Notes under the pieces: generated by a model
Database searches by the model: none
Told to the model about the DNA's origin: nothing
What the model saw: only the letters and a program-made list of their open reading frames with translations
Source: Desulfurella sp.
Lineage (GTDB): Bacteria > Campylobacterota_A > Desulfurellia > Desulfurellales > Desulfurellaceae
Direction: 5' to 3'
DNA: 17,956 bases
Assembly (NCBI GenBank): GCA_031960885.1
Contig: JAVRLY010000027.1
Span: 1-17,956, forward strand
Shown here: positions 8,200-17,538 of the stretch, piece after piece
How positions within the stretch are numbered: position 1 is the first letter of the stretch
Layout of the letters: the number at the start of each line of letters is the position of its first letter
Made by a program: the position numbers and the translations under genes

Positions 8200-9742
8200 A
8201 TTCAATAGCCCTAAGTTCTCTTATAGCAACAACTTTAACCTGGCCTGTATAAGTCATATTTTCTTTAATTTCATCTGCAATTTCTTTTGCAGTTAAAAAA
8301 GCGTCATTGTCATTTGTAAATTGATCCTCAACAATTACCCTCAGTTCTCTACCAGCTTGGATAGCATAAGCATTTTTGACATTTTTATACTTTTTAGCAA
8401 TCTTTTCTAATTCTTCCAATCTTTTTATATAATTTTCTAAAACTTCCATTCTAGCGCCTGGCCTTGCTGCACTTAGAGTATCTGCAATAGATACAAGCAC
8501 ACTCTCAACACAATTTGGTTCTACTTCGCCATGATGTGACATTATAGCATTGATTACATATTCATTTTCACCATATTTTCTTGCAATTTCAGCGCCAATT
8601 ACAGTATGAGAACCTTCCATTTCTTGGTCTGTAGATTTGCCAATATCGTGCAAAAGTCCAGCCCTTTTTGCCAACTTTATATTGAGTCCAAGTTCAGCTG
8701 CCATAATACCAGACATATAGGCTACTTCGACAGAATGTGCTAAAACATTTTGCGTATAGCTTGTTCTATATTTCAACATTGATAAATGCCTTATTATTTC
8801 TGTATGTAAATTTTCAATGCCCAAATCAAATATAAGGGATTTTACTTCTTCAATTGCTTCTTGTTCAAGCTCTTGTTTTACTTTTTCAACAACTTCTTCA
8901 ATGCGTGCTGGGTGAATCCTGCCATCTTGTATTAATTTTTCCAAAGCGACTTTAGCAATTTCCCTTTTTTTTGCATCAAAGCTTGATATAACTACAACCT
9001 CTGGCGTATCATCAATAATCAAATCTACGCCTGTCTCTTTTTCAAAAGATCTAATATTTCTACCTTCCCTACCAATTATCCTGCCTTTCATTTCATCGCT
9101 TGGTAAACTTACAGTTGATATTGTTTTCTCCATAACAAAAGTGCTAGACATTTTTTCCATTGTTAAACTAAGGATCTTTTGTGAGATTTTTTTGGCATTC
9201 TCATTAATTTCTTCTTCAATTGTTCTTAGCCTTATAACTGCTTCTTTTCTAGCAGTATCTTCTATTTGTTTTACTAGATATTCTTTAGCTTCTTCAGTAG
9301 TCATTTTTGCAATTTCTTCAATTTTTCTTTTTTGTTCATCAACTAAATTTGCTAACTTTGCACTTTCTTGCTCCAAAAATTGTTCTTTTTCTTTAATTTC
9401 TTCTAGTTTTTTATTAAGCTGCTCTTGTTTGCTATCTAATTGAAATTGTTTTTTGTCTAAAGCCTCTTCTTTGGTTTGAATCCTTTTTTCCCATTTTTGA
9501 ATCTCTTTTCTTTTTTCTCTAATTTCTTCATCAACTTGGTTTTTTGCTGTCAAAGTATAGTCTTTTACATCAATTTCAGCTTTTTTTAGTATATTCTCTT
9601 TCTCAATCTCAGCATTTTTGACAATGTCTTTAGCTTTTTGCCTTAAGTACTCTTTTTTCTTAATTTGTAAAAAATATACACCTAAATACCCTATTATAAG
9701 TCCTAGTATTAACATTAAAACACTAAATAATATCGTTGACAT
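8189..9742 (-). CDS. rny: Ribonuclease Y
   Basis: N-terminal TM helix, long coiled coil, KH domain (LPSDEMKGRIIGREGRNIR), HD domain (HSVEVA, LLHDIGK, SHH), then ADTLSAARPGAR and YAIQAGRELRV. Confidence 0.98.
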   Translation of the reverse strand: MSTILFSVLMLILGLIIGYLGVYFLQIKKKEYLRQKAKDIVKNAEIEKENILKKAEIDVKDYTLTAKNQVDEEIREKRKEIQKWEKRIQTKEEALDKKQFQLDSKQEQLNKKLEEIKEKEQFLEQESAKLANLVDEQKRKIEEIAKMTTEEAKEYLVKQIEDTARKEAVIRLRTIEEEINENAKKISQKILSLTMEKMSSTFVMEKTISTVSLPSDEMKGRIIGREGRNIRSFEKETGVDLIIDDTPEVVVISSFDAKKREIAKVALEKLIQDGRIHPARIEEVVEKVKQELEQEAIEEVKSLIFDLGIENLHTEIIRHLSMLKYRTSYTQNVLAHSVEVAYMSGIMAAELGLNIKLAKRAGLLHDIGKSTDQEMEGSHTVIGAEIARKYGENEYVINAIMSHHGEVEPNCVESVLVSIADTLSAARPGARMEVLENYIKRLEELEKIAKKYKNVKNAYAIQAGRELRVIVEDQFTNDNDAFLTAKEIADEIKENMTYTGQVKVVAIRELRAIEYAN

Positions 9743-9744
9743 AG

Positions 9745-10299
9745 CTATCTCCTACACTTTTTAATTCTTTTTTCTGTAATTATATAATCAAGAGGAATAT
9801 CAAATTCATCTTCTTTGATATTGGAATTTTTAACTTGAAAATCAAATCCAACACCTATCTTTAAAGCTTTAGTATTATGTAACAATTTATCATAAAAACC
9901 CATGCCATATCCTATACGATAGCCTCTTTCATCAAACACCAAACCTGGCACAATAAAACAGTCTATTTGTTTTTTAAATATGTAAATACCACGAAAGGGT
10001 TCTAAAACGGAAAATTTATGCTTCTTGAAACTGTTTGATTTCGAAATGAGCAAAATATCGTCATGTATATTAGTAAAAAACACATTAAAGTTTTTAGAGA
10101 ACAAAAAAAAGTTTGGGTTAGCTTCTTTATTTATTGGTTTATAGGAAACTATATTCTTAATTTTTTTTAATTTAAGGAAACCTACTAACTTTCTCGATAT
10201 TAATAAACTTTTTGTGGATACAAACCTTCTGGTGCAAAGCCCCCTTTCATCCAAAGCCTTGCGCCTTAATGTTTTTTTTGTATATTTATAAACTTCCAT
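9745..10299 (-). CDS. 5-formyltetrahydrofolate cyclo-ligase
   Basis: Motifs IVPGLVFDERGYRIGYGMGFYDKLL and DIPLDYIITE. Lies downstream of 6S RNA and upstream of rny, a conserved synteny. Confidence 0.92.
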   Translation of the reverse strand: MEVYKYTKKTLRRKALDERGLCTRRFVSTKSLLISRKLVGFLKLKKIKNIVSYKPINKEANPNFFLFSKNFNVFFTNIHDDILLISKSNSFKKHKFSVLEPFRGIYIFKKQIDCFIVPGLVFDERGYRIGYGMGFYDKLLHNTKALKIGVGFDFQVKNSNIKEDEFDIPLDYIITEKRIKKCRR

Positions 10300-10326
10300 T
10301 ACGAACTTCTTTAAAATTTATATTAA

Positions 10327-10494
10327 AGCCTAAGGTGCCGTGTGCGGAATTTTCCTAGAACCTAGCAATGATAAGTGGGTACCTCGTAAGTAGGCTTAGA
10401 GTGCTTTTACAAGCTCTTCAAGACTACTTAATGCCAGCCCCCCATTGTTAGGTGTTGGCTCTAAGGAAAAAATGCATCACAAACACCCAAGGCC
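10327..10494 (-). ncRNA. ssrS: 6S RNA
   Basis: GC-richer non-coding island that folds into a long rod. Closing stem GGCCUUGGGUGUUUGUG / CACGGCACCUUAGGCU, then UUUUCC/GGAAAA and UAGAGCC/GGUUCUA, a central bubble, UGGG/CCCA, and an apical UAAGUAG/CUACUUA stem. Directly upstream of 5-FCL. Ends are approximate (+/-10 nt). Confidence 0.88.
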
Positions 10495-10523
10495 AAATTA
10501 AATCTACCTAATAACCCATACCT

Positions 10524-10552
10524 ATTATAACAAATAAAAATATAAATATCAA
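10524..10552 (-). promoter_or_regulatory. Near-consensus sigma70 promoter for ssrS and probably 5-FCL-rny-ymdB
   Basis: Minus strand reads TTGATA (10552-10547), 17 nt, TATAAT (10529-10524), with a TGn extended -10. Confidence 0.8.
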
Positions 10553-10560
10553 TACGAACA

Positions 10561-10998
10561 TCATACAATAGCGCTAATGTCTTTTTCGGACAATATTTGT
10601 ATTTTATTTACAATACAGCATTTTATTGTTTCTTCCAAATGAGAAACTTTAATAATCATAACTGCATAGTCTTTAATCTTTGCAGAAAATCCATACATGT
10701 ATTCTATATTAATGTTGCTTTCTTTTAAAGCTTTTAAGACGTTTGCAAGAGAATGAGGCTTATCAGGTATAGCTATAGCTAAAACTTCAGTTAGACTTAC
10801 TGTAAATCCGTTTTTTAATAGAATATCATAGGCTAAGTGTGAATTTTCACAAATAAGCTTTACTATTCCAAAATCTGAAGAGTCAGTAAGACTAATAGCT
10901 TTTATATCAATATCATTTTTACCTAGAACATCAACTACATCGAGCAATCTGCCCGGTTTATTTTCAACAAACACAGAAATTTGATTTAACATCTTCAT
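10561..10998 (-). CDS. Tandem ACT domain protein (Bt0572-like)
   Basis: Motifs QISVFVENKPGRL, DFGIVKL, IPDKPHSL and NINIEYMYGF. This family is a typical downstream partner of anaerobic paaK-like ligases. Confidence 0.9.
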   Translation of the reverse strand: MKMLNQISVFVENKPGRLLDVVDVLGKNDIDIKAISLTDSSDFGIVKLICENSHLAYDILLKNGFTVSLTEVLAIAIPDKPHSLANVLKALKESNINIEYMYGFSAKIKDYAVMIIKVSHLEETIKCCIVNKIQILSEKDISAIV

Positions 10999-11009
10999 AA
11001 ATTTGCCCT

Positions 11010-12305
11010 CTATATTTTTCTTTTATCTATTACACGTTTAGCTTTACCTTCTGTGCGTTCTATGGTTCTTGGTTCAACAAGTGTAACTTTAGTTGTTATG
11101 CCCAAAATATCTTTTATGTCTTTTTGTATTTGATTTTGCAAATTTTGAAGTTTTCTAATTTCATCAGAAAATACCTTATTGTCAACTTCTACTTGCACTT
11201 CCAGCGTATCTAGATTATTTATTCTATCAACAATTAATTGATAGTGTGGAGCAAGCCCTTCAATTTCCATTAACACAGATTCAATTTGACTAGGAAAAAC
11301 ATTGACGCCTCTAATTATTATCATATCATCACTTCTACCCAAAATCTTTTGAATACGCCTGTGCGTTCGCCCACATTTACAAGGCTCTTTTATAATTCTT
11401 GTAATATCTTTTGTTCTGTACCTAATAAGCGGCATAGCTTGTTTTTTTATTGTAGTAATAACGAGTTCGCCTTCTTGACCATCTTCTAGAGGCTCAAGCG
11501 TATCTGGGTCTATGATCTCTGGTATAAATGCATCTTCCCAAATATGCAAGCCATTTTTCTCTTCACACTCAATCGCTACACCAGGTCCCATTATCTCGCT
11601 TAAACCGTAAATATCCATAGCATTTATATGAAGTTTTTCTTCTATTTTTTGGCGCATATTTTCGCTCCAGGGCTCTGCACCAAAGATCCCAACTCTCAAG
11701 TTAATTCTGTCCAATAAGTCCATTTCTTCAATTGTATCTGCAAGTAATTGAGCATAAGATGGTGTAGCTGTTAAGACGCTGGATTTAAAATCTACCATAA
11801 TCATAATTTGTTTTTTTGTGTTTCCACCCGAGATAGGTATTACTGCTGCACCTAATTTTTCTGCGCCATAGTGTGCTCCAAGCCCTCCTGTAAACAAACC
11901 ATAGCCATAAGCATTTTGTATAATATCTCTACTTGTTACACCGCAAGCAACAAGTGATCTTGCCATCAAAACAGACCACGATTCAATATCAGCTCTAGAA
12001 TATCCAACAACTGTGGGCTTGCCTGTTGTACCACTTGAAGCGTGTATGCGCACAATTTGATCTATTGGCATACTAAACATTCCGTATGGATAACTTTCTC
12101 TTAAATCGTCTTTTGTGGTAAAAGGTAATTTGTGCAAATCTTTTAAAGATTTTATATCATCTAATATTATGTTTGCTTTTTTAAAAGATTCTTTATAAAA
12201 AGGCACAAGAGCGTACACTCGCTCTAGCGTCTGTTTTAATCTTTTAAGTTGAAGAGCTTCTAAAGCCTCTCTTGGCAAAGTTTCTATTTCATCGTCGTAA
12301 ATCAT
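11010..12305 (-). CDS. paaK: Phenylacetate-CoA ligase family protein
   Basis: Motifs [75 protein letters not shown] and GKAKRV. The real substrate is unverified. Confidence 0.92.
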   Translation of the reverse strand: MIYDDEIETLPREALEALQLKRLKQTLERVYALVPFYKESFKKANIILDDIKSLKDLHKLPFTTKDDLRESYPYGMFSMPIDQIVRIHASSGTTGKPTVVGYSRADIESWSVLMARSLVACGVTSRDIIQNAYGYGLFTGGLGAHYGAEKLGAAVIPISGGNTKKQIMIMVDFKSSVLTATPSYAQLLADTIEEMDLLDRINLRVGIFGAEPWSENMRQKIEEKLHINAMDIYGLSEIMGPGVAIECEEKNGLHIWEDAFIPEIIDPDTLEPLEDGQEGELVITTIKKQAMPLIRYRTKDITRIIKEPCKCGRTHRRIQKILGRSDDMIIIRGVNVFPSQIESVLMEIEGLAPHYQLIVDRINNLDTLEVQVEVDNKVFSDEIRKLQNLQNQIQKDIKDILGITTKVTLVEPRTIERTEGKAKRVIDKRKI

Positions 12306-12574
12306 GTAGATAATCCTAATAATTTATCAATCTTTGCTTTATCAAAACCTACAATAGCCCTTGATCCAATAAGCACTACGGGAACACCAGTTTGACCTGT
12401 CATTCTAACCATATCTTCTGCTGCTTTTCTGTCTCTTGATACATCTACATCTTTAAAAGCAATACTGTTTTTTCTCAAATAATCCTTCACTCGCGTACAC
12501 CAAGGACAACTCGGCGTAGAAAAAACCACAACACGTGGTTGTTTTTTTATTGTATCTTTTTGTGTACTTTCCAT
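12302..12574 (-). CDS. Glutaredoxin-like NrdH/YruB-family redoxin
   Basis: CPWC active site, GQTGVPVV cis-Pro loop and VGFD. AAGGAGGT RBS. ATGA overlap with the paaK start. Confidence 0.9.
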   Translation of the reverse strand: MESTQKDTIKKQPRVVVFSTPSCPWCTRVKDYLRKNSIAFKDVDVSRDRKAAEDMVRMTGQTGVPVVLIGSRAIVGFDKAKIDKLLGLST

Positions 12575-12599
12575 AATAATACCTCCTTTTTTTGTTTAA

Positions 12600-12627
12600 A
12601 ATATATACATTTTCTTTGATTTGTCAA
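12600..12627 (-). promoter_or_regulatory. Sigma70 promoter for redoxin-paaK-ACT
   Basis: Minus strand reads perfect TTGACA (12627-12622), 16 nt, TATATT (12605-12600). Confidence 0.6.
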
Positions 12628-12722
12628 TTGTGTAAGTTTCCTACTACCTTTTTTAAAAATTTTTAGTCGGTTTTAGAATAACCTCTAATTTGTGCAACGA
12701 TTGAATTAGGATTAAAATTTAG

Positions 12723-12750
12723 TTTACTTTTTTCACATTAAGTATATAAT
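12723..12750 (+). promoter_or_regulatory. Putative sigma70 promoter for the mutase operon
   Basis: TTTACT (12723-12728), 16 nt, TATAAT (12745-12750). RBS AAGGAGG at 12771-12777. Confidence 0.5.
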
Positions 12751-12784
12751 TTAATATTAAGTAACATAAAAAGGAGGAAGTTAG

Positions 12785-14434
12785 GTGAGTAAAAATGGAT
12801 ACAAAAACTGGCAAGAAAAAACCTTAATACCCTACATTAAAAAAAATCCTACAAGAAAAGAAAAATTCCATACCAGCTCTTACATTGATATAAAAGATTT
12901 ATACACTGAAAATGATGTATCAGACTATGAACAGAACTTGGGCTACCCTGGCCAATACCCTTTTACAAGGGGCCCCTATCCAACAATGTATAGGGGACAA
13001 CATTGGACAATGAGACAATACGCTGGTTTTGGCACAGCAAAAGAATCGAACGAACGTTACAAGTACTTGTTAAAACAGGGTCAGACTGGTCTATCTGTAG
13101 CTTTTGATCTGCCTACGCAAATTGGTTACGATTCAGACTCTCCTATGAGCGAAGGAGAGGTTGGTAAAGTTGGTGTTGCAATCGATACTATTGATGATAT
13201 GGAAACACTATTTAAAGACATACCGCTTGATAAAGTCTCAACATCAATGACTATTAACGCAACAGCATTTATACTGCTTTCAATGTATATAGTTGTAGGT
13301 AAAAAACAAGGTGTTGAAAAAAAACTTTTGCGTGGTACCATACAAAATGATATTTTAAAAGAATACATTGCGCGAGGAACCTATATTTATCCTCCAAAAC
13401 CATCAATGCGCATCATTACAGATATATTCGACTATTGCGCAAAAGAAGTTCCAAAGTGGAATACAATAAGTATTTCTGGCTACCATATAAGAGAAGCAGG
13501 TTCAACTGCAGTCCAAGAAGTGGCATTCACGTTAGCAGATGGTATTGAATACGTTAAAAGTGCTATAGAAAAAGGTTTGAACGTTGATGATTTTGCTGGA
13601 AGACTCTCATTTTTCTTTAACGCTCACAACGATATATTGGAAGAGGTGGCAAAATTTAGAGCAGCAAGAAGAATATGGGCAAAAATTATGAAAGAAAGAT
13701 TCAATGCAAAAAATGAAAAATCTCAGATGCTAAGATTTCACACGCAAACAGGCGGCTCAACTCTAACAGCACAACAACCAGAAAACAACATTATTAGGGT
13801 AACGCTACAAGCGCTTGCTGCTGTACTTGGAGGCACACAAAGCCTCCATACAAACTCAATGGATGAAGCATTGGCTTTGCCAACAGAAAAGTCTGTGCGT
13901 ATTGCACTTCGCACACAACAAATTATTGCTTATGAATCTGGTGTAGCAAATGTAATAGATCCGCTTGGCGGCTCATACTATATAGAGCATTTAACAGACA
14001 CTATAGAACAAAAAGCCTGGGAATACATTAATAAAATAGACGAACTTGGTGGCATGGTAGCTGCAATCGAACAAGGATTTGTCCAAAAAGAAATTCAAGA
14101 ATCAGCTTACCATTATCAAATGGACATTGAAAATAGAGAAAGGATTATCGTAGGTGTAAATAGTTTTCAAATAGAAGAAGAACCGCCAAAAGACTTATTA
14201 AAAGTAAACCAGCAAGTCTCAATTGAACAGATAAAAAAACTCCAACAAATCAAATCTCAAAGAGATAATCAAAAGGTTCTAAAAAGCTTGCATCTATTAA
14301 AAGATACTATTAAATCGAATGATAATGTAATGCCAGCTGTTATAGAATGTGTTGAAAATTATGCAACACTTCAAGAAATTGCCGATACACTACGTCAAGA
14401 ATTCGGCGAATATAAAGAAAGCGTAGTAATTTAA
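12785..14434 (+). CDS. Methylmalonyl-CoA mutase, substrate-binding (large) subunit
   Basis: Motifs [61 protein letters not shown] and QSLHTN. No fused B12 domain. GTG start. Confidence 0.93.
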   Translation: MSKNGYKNWQEKTLIPYIKKNPTRKEKFHTSSYIDIKDLYTENDVSDYEQNLGYPGQYPFTRGPYPTMYRGQHWTMRQYAGFGTAKESNERYKYLLKQGQTGLSVAFDLPTQIGYDSDSPMSEGEVGKVGVAIDTIDDMETLFKDIPLDKVSTSMTINATAFILLSMYIVVGKKQGVEKKLLRGTIQNDILKEYIARGTYIYPPKPSMRIITDIFDYCAKEVPKWNTISISGYHIREAGSTAVQEVAFTLADGIEYVKSAIEKGLNVDDFAGRLSFFFNAHNDILEEVAKFRAARRIWAKIMKERFNAKNEKSQMLRFHTQTGGSTLTAQQPENNIIRVTLQALAAVLGGTQSLHTNSMDEALALPTEKSVRIALRTQQIIAYESGVANVIDPLGGSYYIEHLTDTIEQKAWEYINKIDELGGMVAAIEQGFVQKEIQESAYHYQMDIENRERIIVGVNSFQIEEEPPKDLLKVNQQVSIEQIKKLQQIKSQRDNQKVLKSLHLLKDTIKSNDNVMPAVIECVENYATLQEIADTLRQEFGEYKESVVI

Positions 14435-14448
14435 ACGGAGGCTTAAAA

Positions 14449-14856
14449 ATGGCGATTAGAATATTGATAGCAAAACCAGGCTTGGATGGTCATGATAGAG
14501 GTGCGAAATTTGTCGCAAGGGCACTCCAAGAAAGAGGGTATGAAGTAATATATACTGGCATAAGACAAACACCAAAACAAATAGCTATAGCTGCCGTTCA
14601 AGAGGATGTGGATTTTGTAGGTTTAAGTCTGCTAAGTGGCGCACATAATGAATTGTTTCCGAAAGTGGTTGAAGAGTTGCACAATGCTGGTGTTAGCGAT
14701 ATTGTGGTTTTTGGTGGTGGCGTGATACCTCAATCAGACATAGAATTTTTAAAGTCAAAAGGCATCAAAGCAATTTTTGGTCCTGGCACTTCTATAAAAA
14801 CAATTGTGGATTTTATTGAAAATGAAACTAAATCAAGAAATTCAAAAATTGGTTGA
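14449..14856 (+). CDS. Methylmalonyl-CoA mutase cobalamin-binding (small) subunit
   Basis: [10 protein letters not shown] (DxHxxG), [16 protein letters not shown] and FGPGT. GGAGG RBS. Confidence 0.95.
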   Translation: MAIRILIAKPGLDGHDRGAKFVARALQERGYEVIYTGIRQTPKQIAIAAVQEDVDFVGLSLLSGAHNELFPKVVEELHNAGVSDIVVFGGGVIPQSDIEFLKSKGIKAIFGPGTSIKTIVDFIENETKSRNSKIG

Positions 14857-15784
14857 TGGAATTTTAAAAAAAGATATGCGTTCTATAGCAAAAGCTGTCA
14901 GTTTTGTTGAAAATTCTGATTACAAAACAAAAAAACCTTTTTTGCAAGCCATATTCCCATATACAGGAAAAGCAAAGGTTATTGGTATTACTGGTTTGCC
15001 TGGCGCTGGCAAATCAACAATTACAGATAAACTCATAAAAGCTTTTAGGGATGATGGTAAAAGTGTAGGAGTGCTTGCAGTAGATCCAAGCAGTCCTTTT
15101 ACAAAAGGCGCAATACTTGGCGATCGCATACGCATGCAAAATCATACATTAGACAAAGACGTTTACTTGAGGTCAATGGCGTCTCGCGGTGCGCTTGGTG
15201 GACTTGCTCAAACAACAAAAGATGCACTAAAGGTGCTCGATGCGTCTGGTTATGACATTGTTATAATTGAGACTGTTGGCGTAGGTCAAAATGAAATCGA
15301 CATAGTAAAAATTGCAGACTGTGTCGTACTAACCTACGCGCCGGGTTTTGGCGATGAAATACAGGCTATGAAAGCAGGTGTTATGGAAATAGCGGATATT
15401 TACGTGGTAAATAAAGCAGACCGCGATTTCTCGCAAAAATTATTTAAAGAGATATCAGACATAGTCAATCTAAGCTCAAAAGAACCAAAACCAAAAGTTT
15501 TAAAGACAATAGCTACAAACCCTTACGAACAAAGCAATATTGGCTATCTTAAAGAAGAAATTGTAAAATACATTGATTATGTAGAAACATCAAGTAATCT
15601 GAAAAAGAAACGGATATCGTTTATTGAATCTGAACTAATAGATACATTAACAAAAATCATAATCGATAAAACGCTACAAAATCAAAATGTCAAAGCTTTC
15701 TTTGATAAGAAAACCATCGATAAGATATACAACAAAGAACTAAATTTTTATTCCATAATTGACAAAATAATGGAGGCTATATGA
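14822..15784 (+). CDS. meaB: Methylmalonyl-CoA mutase-associated GTPase MeaB
   Basis: Motifs [34 protein letters not shown] and VNKAD. ATG 14822 is preferred over GTG 14804. Confidence 0.93.
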   Translation: MKLNQEIQKLVDGILKKDMRSIAKAVSFVENSDYKTKKPFLQAIFPYTGKAKVIGITGLPGAGKSTITDKLIKAFRDDGKSVGVLAVDPSSPFTKGAILGDRIRMQNHTLDKDVYLRSMASRGALGGLAQTTKDALKVLDASGYDIVIIETVGVGQNEIDIVKIADCVVLTYAPGFGDEIQAMKAGVMEIADIYVVNKADRDFSQKLFKEISDIVNLSSKEPKPKVLKTIATNPYEQSNIGYLKEEIVKYIDYVETSSNLKKKRISFIESELIDTLTKIIIDKTLQNQNVKAFFDKKTIDKIYNKELNFYSIIDKIMEAI

Positions 15785-16176
15785 AAAGCATTGACCATAT
15801 AGGCATAGCTGTTGAGAATTTAAATAAAGTTATAGAGGTTTATAAAGATATATTGGGTTTTGAGTATCTAGGTGAAGAAATTGTTGAAGAACAAGGTGTA
15901 AAAATTGCCAAATTTGATTGCAATGGCGTGCATTTGGAATTTTTAGAACCAATATCTAATGATAGCCCAATAAAAAAGTTTTTAGAAACAAAAGGTCAAG
16001 GCATTCATCACATTGCATATAAATGTGACAATATTGTAGAAAAAATCGAATTTCTCAAACAAAAAGGCATAAAATTGATCAATGAGACACCAAAAAAAGG
16101 CTCAAACAATACACTTATTGCATTCTTGCATCCAAAGTCAAGCATAATTTTAACAGAATTAGTGCAAGGAGGCTAA
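15781..16176 (+). CDS. mce: Methylmalonyl-CoA epimerase
   Basis: VOC-fold motifs DHIGIAV, LEFLEP, GIHHIAY and AFLHPKS..ELVQ. ATGA overlap with meaB. Confidence 0.93.
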   Translation: MKSIDHIGIAVENLNKVIEVYKDILGFEYLGEEIVEEQGVKIAKFDCNGVHLEFLEPISNDSPIKKFLETKGQGIHHIAYKCDNIVEKIEFLKQKGIKLINETPKKGSNNTLIAFLHPKSSIILTELVQGG

Positions 16177-16177
16177 C

Positions 16178-17509
16178 ATGCAACCAAACAAAATAGTTGT
16201 AATTGGTGCTGACGCTGCTGGCGCATCTGCTGCTAGCGCTGCCAAAAGAAGACAAAAAGATGCACATGTTATAATGCTTGAAAAAACTCAGGATGTTTCA
16301 TACGGTGCATGCGGGATGCCGTATATTATAGGTCTTAAAAAAGATATGGAAGAAGTTGTAGCAGTCAGACCAAAAGAATTTAGAGAAAAACGAAACATAG
16401 ACCTCAGGCTAAACGAAGAAGCCATTGGTATAGATACAAAAAAACATGTTGTTTTTGTTAAAAACAACCTAACAAATCATCAGTACGAGTTATCTTACGA
16501 TAAGCTAATTATTGCAACAGGCGCAAAAAGTAACATTCCCCCAATTGAAGGCATAAATCAAGACGGCGTATTTTCTCTAAAAACACTCGAAGACGGAAGA
16601 AAATTAAATAGGTATCTCATTAGTGAACATTGTAAAAAAGCTGTACTTATAGGTGGCGGTTTTATAAACCTAGAACTAGCTGACAATTTAAAAAAACGAG
16701 ACATAGAGGTAATTATCTTAGAAAAACTTGATAATATTCTACTAGATTACACTGAAGAAATTAGGCAAAAAGCAATTTTGGAATTACAAAACAACGGCGT
16801 GAAGCTGTTGTGTTCTGTTGATGTAGAAAAAATAGAACCCTCTTTAAAGATTTACACAAATAAGGGTGTCTTTGATTGCGATGTGGTAAATATTTCAGTT
16901 GGTTTTAAACCAAATACAGAGTTCTTGGCTAACTCTGGATTAAACCTTTTTTCAAACGGTGCAATAGATGCAGATAGACAAATGAAAACAAACATTGATG
17001 ATGTATATGCGTGCGGTGATTGTGCTACAATTTACCACAAAGTTTTAAAACGCAACGTGTATTTTCCGCTTGGCACAAACGCCAATAAACAAGGCAGGAT
17101 TGCTGGCATAAACGCAGCAGGTGGACATGAAACGTTTGAGGGAACTACTGGTACTTCTGTTTTTAAACTGTTTAATTTAGGCATTGCCAAAACTGGCCTA
17201 AGCTTAAAACAGGCTATAGAAGCAGGTTTTGAACCAAAAGTAACAACAATTGCCGCAAATGAAAAAGCGCACTATTTACCAAATAATTCTGAAATAATAG
17301 TTTCTCTAATAAGCGATGCTTCAACAAAACAGTTACTTGGCGCTCAAATATGCTCAAATGATGGAATTTTAAGGATTAATGCCTTAAGTGTTGCAATATA
17401 TGCAAGCCTAACAGTTAATGAACTCAAATACATGGATTTTGCATACTCTCCACCTTACAGCGCAGTGTGGGATGCAGTGCTTATTTGTGCAACGCAAGCA
17501 GATAAATAA
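16178..17509 (+). CDS. CoA-disulfide reductase / NADH oxidase-family flavoprotein (single redox Cys)
   Basis: FAD motif VIGADAAG, SYGACGMPY (SxxxC redox cysteine), IATGA, GGGFI...E (NADH-type), YACGDC, PLGTNANKQG and C-terminal YSPPYS..WD. No rhodanese tail. Confidence 0.85.
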   Translation: MQPNKIVVIGADAAGASAASAAKRRQKDAHVIMLEKTQDVSYGACGMPYIIGLKKDMEEVVAVRPKEFREKRNIDLRLNEEAIGIDTKKHVVFVKNNLTNHQYELSYDKLIIATGAKSNIPPIEGINQDGVFSLKTLEDGRKLNRYLISEHCKKAVLIGGGFINLELADNLKKRDIEVIILEKLDNILLDYTEEIRQKAILELQNNGVKLLCSVDVEKIEPSLKIYTNKGVFDCDVVNISVGFKPNTEFLANSGLNLFSNGAIDADRQMKTNIDDVYACGDCATIYHKVLKRNVYFPLGTNANKQGRIAGINAAGGHETFEGTTGTSVFKLFNLGIAKTGLSLKQAIEAGFEPKVTTIAANEKAHYLPNNSEIIVSLISDASTKQLLGAQICSNDGILRINALSVAIYASLTVNELKYMDFAYSPPYSAVWDAVLICATQADK

Positions 17510-17538
17510 AGTAAAGTTAATTTCAAGGAGGCATTTTT

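Noticed and set aside
9141..9443. 100-aa Ser/Phe/Leu-rich ORF and T-rich low-complexity tract
   Set aside because: Reverse complement of the Lys/Glu-rich RNase Y coiled coil. It is neither a repeat array nor a membrane protein.
10327..10494. Alternative reading as a riboswitch (THF, SAM, cobalamin), tRNA or terminator
   Set aside because: End-to-end pairing with a central bubble and the 5-FCL synteny fit 6S RNA. No riboswitch consensus or cloverleaf is seen.
11286..11489. 67-aa plus-strand ORF
   Set aside because: Antisense inside paaK with no supporting signal.
12575..12784. Possible cobalamin riboswitch or sRNA upstream of the mutase
   Set aside because: Very AT-rich with no B12-box or stable stems. 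The predicted mutase leader is only about 30 nt, and two divergent promoters account for the region.
13126..15135. Minus-strand ORFs 13126-13368 and 14920-15135
   Set aside because: Antisense shadows of the mutase and meaB genes.
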